A stretch of DNA of 64,000 nt from Octopus vulgaris. Lineage: Eukaryota. The position numbers and the translations under genes were made by a program. The stretch is from positions 61,938,001 through 62,002,000 of the forward strand of contig OX597831.1 in the NCBI GenBank assembly GCA_951406725.2. The letters run 5' to 3'. The notes below the pieces were generated by a model that saw nothing but the letters and a program-made list of their open reading frames with translations, had not been told where the DNA came from and did no database searches. Positions 56,304-64,000 of this stretch are shown piece after piece (within the stretch, counting starts at the first letter, position 1; every line of letters begins with the position of its first letter).

Positions 56304-56673
56304 TCTCTCTCTATATAAACGGCAGTTTGTCTGTGCGTGTTTCTGTGTGTCTGTTTGCTTGTACCCTCACCCTGACCACGGCTTTCAACCGATTCTGATG
56401 AAACTTGACACACACATAGCCCAATGTCATAATTCAAAACTAACGCAGCGAAAATTTTGAAAAGTTCCCCCAGTTCTGAAAAAAGTCGATAAAATCGACA
56501 TGGGGTCGAGAATCAGAAACAAACCACAGACTGTCTAGGGGACGCAACTCAACCTTTTTTAACTCAAAAAAAATTTACCATCATTTTTTTGCTATTTTTT
56601 GGCTATAACTCTCTAAAAATGCTTTATAGTTATTTCCCTTACAAACCTGAGCAACGCCGGGCGATACTGCTAG
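56304..56673 (+). mobile_element. 370-bp non-autonomous Helitron inserted into an H1 unit
   Basis: 5' TC, 3' hairpin CGCCGGGCG + CTAG, inserted between A and T of AATCA^TTAATT with no TSD; removing it restores the 470-bp period. Confidence 0.9.
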
Positions 56674-56872
56674 TTAATTAATAAATATAAGGGTAGCAAA
56701 AAATTCTAAAAAGAATTCTCCGCTACCACCGGTCTAGTGAGAGGGAAAAAATAGTCAAAGACTATATAATATACATTCAACAATATAAGGAATGGCCATA
56801 TAGGACATTCGACTCACTAGAAAGAGCAGCCAAAACTCATACCGCTAAATAGTTGTAATTCTGAAATAGAAA

Positions 56873-57103
56873 TGGAGGCGCAATGGCCTAGTGGTTAGGG
56901 CAGCGGACTTGCGGTCGGAGGATCACGGTTTCGATTCCCAGACCGGGCATTGTGTGTGTTTATTGAGCGAAAACACCTAAAAGCTCCACGAGGCTCCGGC
57001 AGGAGGTGGTGATCCCTGCTGTACTCTTTCACCACTCTAAAAGGCGGTGCTCCAGCATGGCCGCAGTCAAATGACTGAAACAAGTACAAAAAAAAAAAAA
57101 AAA
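56873..57103 (+). mobile_element. Chimeric SINE (family A head + family B tail) inserted into an H1 unit
   Basis: TGGAGGCGCAATGGCCTAGTGGTTAGGG head; AAAGGCGGTGCTCCAGCATGGCCGCAGTCAAATGACTGAAACAAGTA tail + poly(A). Confidence 0.88.
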
Positions 57104-57134
57104 GAAAGAGAAATAAAAACGTTTACCCCTTTCA

Positions 57135-57230
57135 TCTCTGGACTATGCATAATTTCGGCAAAACTTTGGCAAATGAATTAATTAAATTAAATTAAATTCA
57201 TTTACAACTGGCGTGCCTCGTCAGCAGAGA
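57135..57230 (-). ncRNA. Type I hammerhead ribozyme H1-3
   Basis: As H1-1 with one stem III C-G to U-G change. Confidence 0.85.
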
Positions 57231-57623
57231 GCCTAGGACGAGTATATGTCCACGAGGCTATGGTAAAGAAGCCTCCAGTCACATATGCCCTAAATTTTCA
57301 AATTTTACCGCAATCGCGCGGTCTACTCAGCAGCAAATATAAACTGCTGATTAAATTTCAAAATTAGCCAAAAAACCATTAATTAATAAATATAAGGGTA
57401 GCAAAAAGTTCTAGAAAAAAATTTCCGCTACCAGCGGTCTAGTGAGGAAGAAAATATAGTCAAAGACTATATAATATACATTCAACAATATAAGGAAACT
57501 AAATCAGCAGTTTATATTTGCTGCTGAGTAGACTGCGCGATTGCGGTAAGATTTGAAAATTTAGGGCACATGTGACTGGAGGCTTCTTTACCATAGCCTC
57601 GTGGACATATACTCGTCCTAGGC

Positions 57624-57719
57624 TCTCTGCTGACGAGGCACGCCAGATGTAAATGAATTTAACTTAATTTAATTAATTCATTTGCCAAAGTTTTGCCGAA
57701 ACTATGCATAGTCCAGAGA
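57624..57719 (+). ncRNA. Type I hammerhead ribozyme H1-4
   Basis: Canonical core on plus strand; predicted cut after GTC at 57713. Confidence 0.9.
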
Positions 57720-58092
57720 TGAAAGGGGTAAACGTTTTTATTTCACTTTCTATTTCAGAATTACAACTATTTAGCGGTATGAGTTTTGGCTGCTCTTTCT
57801 AGTGAGTCGAATGTCCTATATGGCCATTCCTTATATTGTTGAATGTATATTATATAGTATTTGACTATTTTTCGTTTCTAACTAGACCGCTGGCAGCGGA
57901 AAATTTTTTTAGAATTTTTTGCTACCCTTATATTTATTAATTAATGATTCTTTGGCTAATTTTGAAATTAAATCAGCAGTTTATATTTGCTGCTGAGTAG
58001 ACCGCGCGATTGCGGTAAGATTTGAAAATTTAGGGCATATGTGACTGGAGGCTTCTTTACCATAGCCTCGTGGACATATACTCGTCCTAGGC

Positions 58093-58188
58093 TCTCTGCT
58101 GACGAGGCACGCCAGATGTAAATGAATTTAATTTAATTTAATTAATTCATTTGCCAAAGTTTTGCCGAAACTATGCATAGTCCAGAGA
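58093..58188 (+). ncRNA. Type I hammerhead ribozyme H1-5
   Basis: Canonical core; predicted cut after GTC at 58182. Confidence 0.9.
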
Positions 58189-58330
58189 TGAAAGGGGTAA
58201 ACGTTTTTATTTCACTTTCTATTTCAGAATTACAACTATTTAGCGGTATGAGTCTTGGCTGCTCTTTCTAGTGAGTCGAATGTCCTATATGGCCATTCCT
58301 TATATTGTTGAACGTATATATATATATATA

Positions 58331-58555
58331 TGGAGGCGCAATGGTCTAGTGGTTAGGGCAGCGGACTTGCGGTCGGAGGATCGCGGTTTCGATTCCCAGA
58401 CCGGGCGTTGTGTGTGTTTATTGAGCGAAAAAAACACCTAAAAGCTCCACAAGGCTCCGGCAGGAGGTGGTGATCCCTGCTGTACTCTTTCACCACTCTA
58501 AAGGCGGTGCTCCAGCATGGCCGCAGTCAAATGACTGAAACAAGTACAAAAAAAA
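58331..58555 (+). mobile_element. Chimeric SINE (A head + B tail), second copy
   Basis: Near-identical to 56873-57103. Confidence 0.88.
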
Positions 58556-58565
58556 TATATATATA

Positions 58566-58973
58566 GGCGCAGGAGTGGCTGTGTGGTAAGTAGCTTGCTA
58601 AACTACCACATGGTTCCGGGTTCAGTCCCACTGCGTGGCATCTTGGGCAAGTGTCTTCTGCTATAGCCCCGGGCCGACCAATGCCTTGTGAGTGGATTTG
58701 GAAGACGGAAACTGAAAGACGCCTGTCGTATATATGTATATATATATATATGTGTGTGTGCGTGTTTGTGTTTGTCCCCCTAGCATTGCTTGTCAACCGA
58801 TGCTGGTGTGTTTACGTCCCCGTCACTTAGCGGTTCGGCAAAAGAGACCGATAGAATAAGTACTGGGCTTACAAAGAATAAGTCCCGGGGTCGATTTGCT
58901 CGACTAAAGGCGGTGCTCCAGCATGGCTGCAGTCAACTGACTGAAACAAGTAAAAGAGTAAAGAGTAAAAGAG
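58566..58973 (+). mobile_element. SINE family B, full length
   Basis: GGCGCAGGAGTGGCTGTGTGGTAAG ... (GTAAAAGA)n. Confidence 0.92.
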
Positions 58974-58990
58974 TATATATATATATAGAA

Positions 58991-59034
<44 letters not shown>

Positions 59035-59337
59035 GTAGGAATGGCTGTGTGGCAAGGAGTTTGTTTCCCATCCATATAATTCCGGGTTCAGTCTCACCTT
59101 GGGAAGTTGTCTTCTACTACAACTAAATGTCATTTAGTTGTTTTAAAATTATTACACTAATGAAGCTTGTCCATTGTTACCCTGCCTTTCCTTCATCTGT
59201 ACCTTTACTGATTATAGAGAAGTTTTACTTCTTTCGTATTAATTTTAATGCTTTCTTTTTGCGCTTTATTGGAATATTTAGGTTTGATGTTCTTTTCAAA
59301 TACATAATATTTTTTCCTTGGTGTTTAAATCTGTTTT

Positions 59338-59720
59338 GGAGGCGTAATTGCCCAGTGGTTAGGGCAGCGGACTCGTGGTCATAGGATCGCGGTTTCGATT
59401 CCCAGACCTGGCGTTGTGAGTGTTTATTGAGCGAAAACACCAAAAGCTCCACGATGCTCCAGCAGGGGATGGTTCTGATCCCTGCTGTACTCTTTCCCCA
59501 CAACTTTCTCTCACTCTTACTTCTGTTGTACCTGTATTTCAAAGGGCCGGCCTTGTCACTCTCTGTGTCACGCTGAATATCCCCGAGAACTACGTTAAGG
59601 GTACACGTGTCTGTGGAGTGCTCAGCCACTTACACGTTAATTTCACGAGCAGGCTGTTCCGTTGATTCGGATCAACCGGAACTCTCGTCGTCGTAACCGA
59701 CGGAGTGCTTCCACACACAC
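59338..59720 (+). mobile_element. SINE family A (tail type 2) with 11-12-bp TSD
   Basis: A-type tRNA head; tail ...CTCGTCGTCGTAACCGACGGAGTGCTTCCACACAC; TSD AAATCTGTTTT at 59327-59337 and 59721-59731. Confidence 0.9.
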
Positions 59721-60079
59721 AAATCTGTTTTGTTTTTTACAAGTGATGAACATTCGTAATATTCCTCCTGGAAGGAGTCGAAGCTTTTTCAGTATTCTTC
59801 AATATCCTTTGTAAGATTTCTTGTGTCAGTTTTAAAGTAAGTGTGAATTTAAGTCAATATTACTAAAGTTTTATTTCATTTTTTAAGTTTTCATTGTTAA
59901 AGATTTATCATATTGGCACCGCTGGTTCAGTATTTTTTGACATTTTCTAACATATTTGTTTTTCTTTTCTCGTTTCTGTTTAGAACACCTGTTGCCTGAA
60001 AGAATTTGTTTTTGTTCAGTGAGTCAATTGCACCCCGTATTACTATTATTCTATTTTGTTGGATGGAGAGTTTCCAGTT

Positions 60080-60493
60080 ACTCTTTTACTCTTTTACTTG
60101 TTTCAGTCATTTGATTGCGGCCATGCTGGAGCACCGCCTTTAGTCGAGCAAATCGACCCCGGGACTTATTCTTTGTAAGCCAAGTACTTATTCTATCGGT
60201 CTCTTTTGCCGAACCGCTAAGTGACGGGGACGTAAACACACCAGCATCGGTAGTCAAGCAATGCTAGGGGGACGAACACAGACACACAAACACACACATA
60301 CATACATATATATACATATACATATATACGACAGGCTTCTTTCAGTTTCCGTCTACCAAATCCACTCACAAGGCTTTGGTCGACCCGGGGCTATAGCAAA
60401 AGACACTTGCCCAAGATGCCACGCAGTGGGACTGAACTCGGAACCATGTGGTTGGTCAGCAAGCTACTTACCACACAGCCACTCCTGTGCCTA
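60080..60493 (-). mobile_element. SINE family B, full length
   Basis: Family B head, body and tail. Confidence 0.9.
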
Positions 60494-61013
60494 TGTGTGT
60501 ACTGTATTGATCCAACGGAATCATAATGTCAACTGAAAGCATTTTCTATGTATTTCGGGACCTAGTTGTCAGCCAGTATCATGGTTAGCTTCCTGATTTT
60601 CTGTTTCTTATAAGATATGAAACGTTGTTGAAACGTTTGACATAGATGTCGTACCATCTACCTTGGCTTCTTGTCTTCTCTTTAAAAATCTTTCTTTGCT
60701 TTGCCGTTCTATTTTGTTCTATTCTTCTTGTCGTACTGTCAGGATGTGTTTTATGCTAATTGAGTTTGTTTCTGCATGAATTATTGGATTTTGCTTCGTT
60801 TTCGTTTGCACCCACACATGAACTGTTATGGGTTGCCGCCTTTAGACTGTTTTTCATGTGATTTGAGTTAAAACGAAAGGAGATAAGGTTCCTTCTGCTG
60901 CTGCTGTGTTGCTTTACGAATGTTTTTATCGTTATCTTAAATACACACACACACGTATACATACACATACATACATACATACATACACACATACACACAT
61001 ACATTCATATATA

Positions 61014-61049
<36 letters not shown>

Positions 61050-61065
61050 TGTATATATATATATA

Positions 61066-61130
<65 letters not shown>

Positions 61131-61134
<4 letters not shown>

Positions 61135-61240
61135 TATTCAGTGCTTCACTTATGTTCCCCGGGTCTGCAGTTAGTGGGACGTTTTTATAAAATAGTGGCC
61201 CTACCTTATACTGTACTGAGTCAGACTCCGCTGCCAACGT
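61131..61240 (-). pseudogene. Short CR1-type LINE ORF2 linker fragment
   Basis: [27 protein letters not shown] resembles CR1 IGPL...D....AE.LN.QY. Confidence 0.5.
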
Positions 61241-61521
61241 GTAGAAGGCTTTAGGATTTCTTTTTTTTTATATTTTCGTCTTTCTTCTTTTCTTTTCCAT
61301 GGAAGGTTTTGAGTTTATTTTCAGTCTCGAAAAGTTCATCTCTCAGGTGGGATTTCTCACTGTCATTCAGATGTTTATTTAAACGATTGGAGGTATTTAC
61401 TCTCCGCAACATGATTATTCTGCTGTCTCGGTAAATGATGGTTTTGTGTGTATTGGTCCTCTTCTCTGGGACATATTTAATGCATATGGCTCGCTTATTG
61501 ACATGAATTTATATATATATA

Positions 61522-61571
<50 letters not shown>

Positions 61572-63069
61572 TTTAAACGTATATATATATATATATATAT
61601 ATGATATATGTATTTATATATATGATTATATGTATTTATATATATATGTGTCTGTGTGTGTTATGGCGTGAGTTATGCGCGTCTGATGCAAGAATAATAT
61701 TACCCAAATAAATATTTGGATATGTTTGCCAAGAATAACCTTTAGCAGAGTTAGTATATATACACACACACAACGCACGCCGTAGTACTCCAAAGATAGT
61801 TACGACATTAATCTAGCACAGTGACCAATACGGACGCTGAATGCTGTCAACTGTACCACTCTTGTAAAAACATTTTGAATATTAGACATATACAAACCCG
61901 AATCTCTATGCATTTAGGTAAACAAAGATATGCGTACTGAAAATGACACAGAAAATCATATGCATAAATATAGTTAATGATCTGACGTATATGCCCAAAA
62001 TTGATGATAATGTGTAATGGCAAATTGTATAATACGTATGCATCCTTATCAATTTATGTTTATGAACTTACTCACACATAGATATGAAATCACACTAGTT
62101 ACGCATAGACAAGCACACATGCATACATATATGCATATACTAAGTGACGTACCGGATAATTCTCGGGAAAGCGGGGCTTATCCCTTGGTTCCGTTCTCAT
62201 GATTGTTTTATTAATCCAATAACAACAATACAAAGTATGTAGCCATTAAGACGGTTTTTTGTGTATTTACTGAGAATACCAAACTGTCTTACCGGGATCT
62301 TGTTTTTAGGAATTTCCAATAAATTATGATTACCTAAATTGTGAATTCAGTTATGTAATAACATGAAATTAGTTATCCGATAGTAAGAATTCAAATAAAG
62401 TAGTCCAGAAAACGGCTTTAATGCGGTTCCAGAGTATATAGAACTTAGGAGGAAATACTAATAAGGTATGTATACTAAAATCGTGAAGCATCTTACCTGA
62501 TAATAGGCTAATCAGATATGAGATAATAACAATTCAAAGTAAATAACTCTGAAAAGGGTTTTTGTGCGTTCCAAGAGAATATTATCCTCAACGGCGCTAG
62601 TGTTGTTATTTTTGTGAGTAATCATTAACCTAAATAAGTGGATCTATTGTTTAGGAAAATACTATTTACTTGTTTAAGGGTTGTGCTGGATAAATTGCGA
62701 AAATTGCTATAACTGGTCAAATACTAAGAAATAAACATACTCAATTTGATTTATACCAAATGATTTAGGAAAATGACTGGAGTAATTCCCTTGGCTGTTA
62801 AAATGAAATATATCAGATATATATATAAAGATCCCTTCCAGGGGCCCTATTATCGAGTTTTGTAACAATCTGAATATGCCATGAGGTTTTCAGACATGAG
62901 TTCTACTCACGTGTCACGTTTAATCAAAATCGAATAAAACGACGTAGGAAGAGTTAGTTAACAACTCCACAAACACAACCACAGACAGAATTTTCCACAT
63001 ATATTATAGATTTATACATGCATCTGTGTGTGTGCACGTGTGGTTGTGTGTGAATATGTTTATGTCTTT

Positions 63070-63285
63070 AATCTTTTATCTTTTACTTGTTTCAGTCATT
63101 TGACTGCGGGAATGCTGGAGCACCGCCTTTAGTCGAGCAAATCGACCCCGGGGCTTATTCTTTTGTAAGACCAGTACTTATTCCATCGGTCTCTTTTGCC
63201 GAACCGCTAAGTGACGGGGACGTAAACACACCAGCATCGGTTGTCAAGCAATGCTAGGGGGTCAAACACAGACACACAAACATAT

Positions 63286-63332
<47 letters not shown>

Positions 63333-63621
63333 TACGACAGGCTTCTTTCAGTTTCCGTCTACCAAATCCACTCACAAGGCTTTGGTCGGCCCGGGGCTAT
63401 AGCAGAAGATACTTGCCCAAGGTGCCACGCAGTGGGAGTGAACCCGGAACCATGTGGTTAGCAAGCTACTTACCACACAGCCACTCCTGCGCCTATGTGT
63501 ATACTGTATTGATCCAACGGAATCATAATGTCAACTGAAAGCATTTTTTATGTATTTCGGGACCTAGTTGTCAGCCAGAATCATGGTTAGCTTCCTGATT
63601 TTCTGTTTCTTATAAGATATG
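63070..63621 (-). mobile_element. SINE family B plus ~127 bp of upstream flank shared with the 60.1 kb copy
   Basis: 63494-63621 matches 60493-60619. Confidence 0.9.
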
Positions 63622-64000
63622 CCAACATTTAAGCTTAAAAACAACCTCAAAGCCTTCATCTCATTGGTGTCAGGACAATAAATTAAAGCTATTTAGCGAA
63701 TTGGTATGGGAACTGGCCTTTAGAAAAGTAGAGTTTACAGTAAACCTTTCAGTTTAATGCTTCATATTGGCAATATTTAAATCCCTGCTTACAATGATTA
63801 GGAAACACAAATACGACTCCGAGTGGAGACAACCATGTTGAATGAAATATACTGGTGGCAAAATCTACGTAAATTTCTATCTTAACATTAATATTCCTAA
63901 ATGTAATTAAGAGAGAGCCGTAATATCTCCAGTTTTGGAATCAGACGTGTGATGGCATTCAAGTGTATTGATTTTAGGGAGAATCTAGTACATAACAATT

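Larger units (their letters stand above)
55373..58318. repeat. 470-bp hammerhead-containing repeat array (family H1): ~3.2 direct units, then ~1.8 inverted units
   Basis: Unit marker GGGTAGC at 55381, 55851, 56691, 57396; inversion junction ~57497; inverted units run to ~58318. Confidence 0.95.
59125..61500 (-). pseudogene. Highly decayed PLE N-terminal/RT-start region, broken by SINEs and microsatellites
   Basis: Frameshifted MINL...EIKL...LKFT, KDIEEY.KKLRL, ISKGTDEGK..VTMDK (PLE INLS, GL.F, D...F.RKLRL, ADKG..VV.MD); right boundary uncertain. Confidence 0.55.

Noticed and set aside
56873-56950. tRNA-like sequences with box A/B (also 360-428, 58331-58410, 59338-59415)
   Set aside because: SINE heads continuing into SINE bodies; no complete cloverleaf with a Pol III terminator
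55373-58318. CRISPR-like or ordinary satellite interpretation of the 470-bp array
   Set aside because: No unique spacers or cas genes, eukaryotic context; the intact HHR in each full unit favours an RNA-based element

Overview
AT-rich, repeat-saturated eukaryotic non-coding DNA. The tRNA-derived SINE families, microsatellite load and Penelope/RTE content point to an octopus (cephalopod) intron or intergenic region; this is an inference. I can support no intact host-gene exon, and nearly all supplied ORFs are microsatellite or SINE artefacts. Conventional content: three SINE families (called A, B and C here; ~30 copies, several with TSDs), a decayed RTE LINE (37.9-40.5 kb), several Penelope-like element (PLE) remnants including an intact-frame GIY-YIG fragment, mariner/Tc1 remnants, Helitron-like and MITE elements, and CR1 fragments. 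The most notable signal is a set of type I hammerhead ribozymes (HHRs) in sequence-unrelated ~470-500 bp non-coding repeats. (1) A 470-bp tandem-plus-inverted array at 55.4-58.3 kb holds five HHRs with canonical cores. (2) A ~490-bp tandem pair at 40.6-41.3 kb holds two HHRs. (3) One HHR lies between perfect 130-bp inverted repeats at 41.7-42.2 kb. (4) An atypical minimal HHR-like motif sits in PLE 3' repeats. Together these look like retrozyme-type, PLE-mobilised self-cleaving RNA elements. All folds were read by eye and activity is untested.
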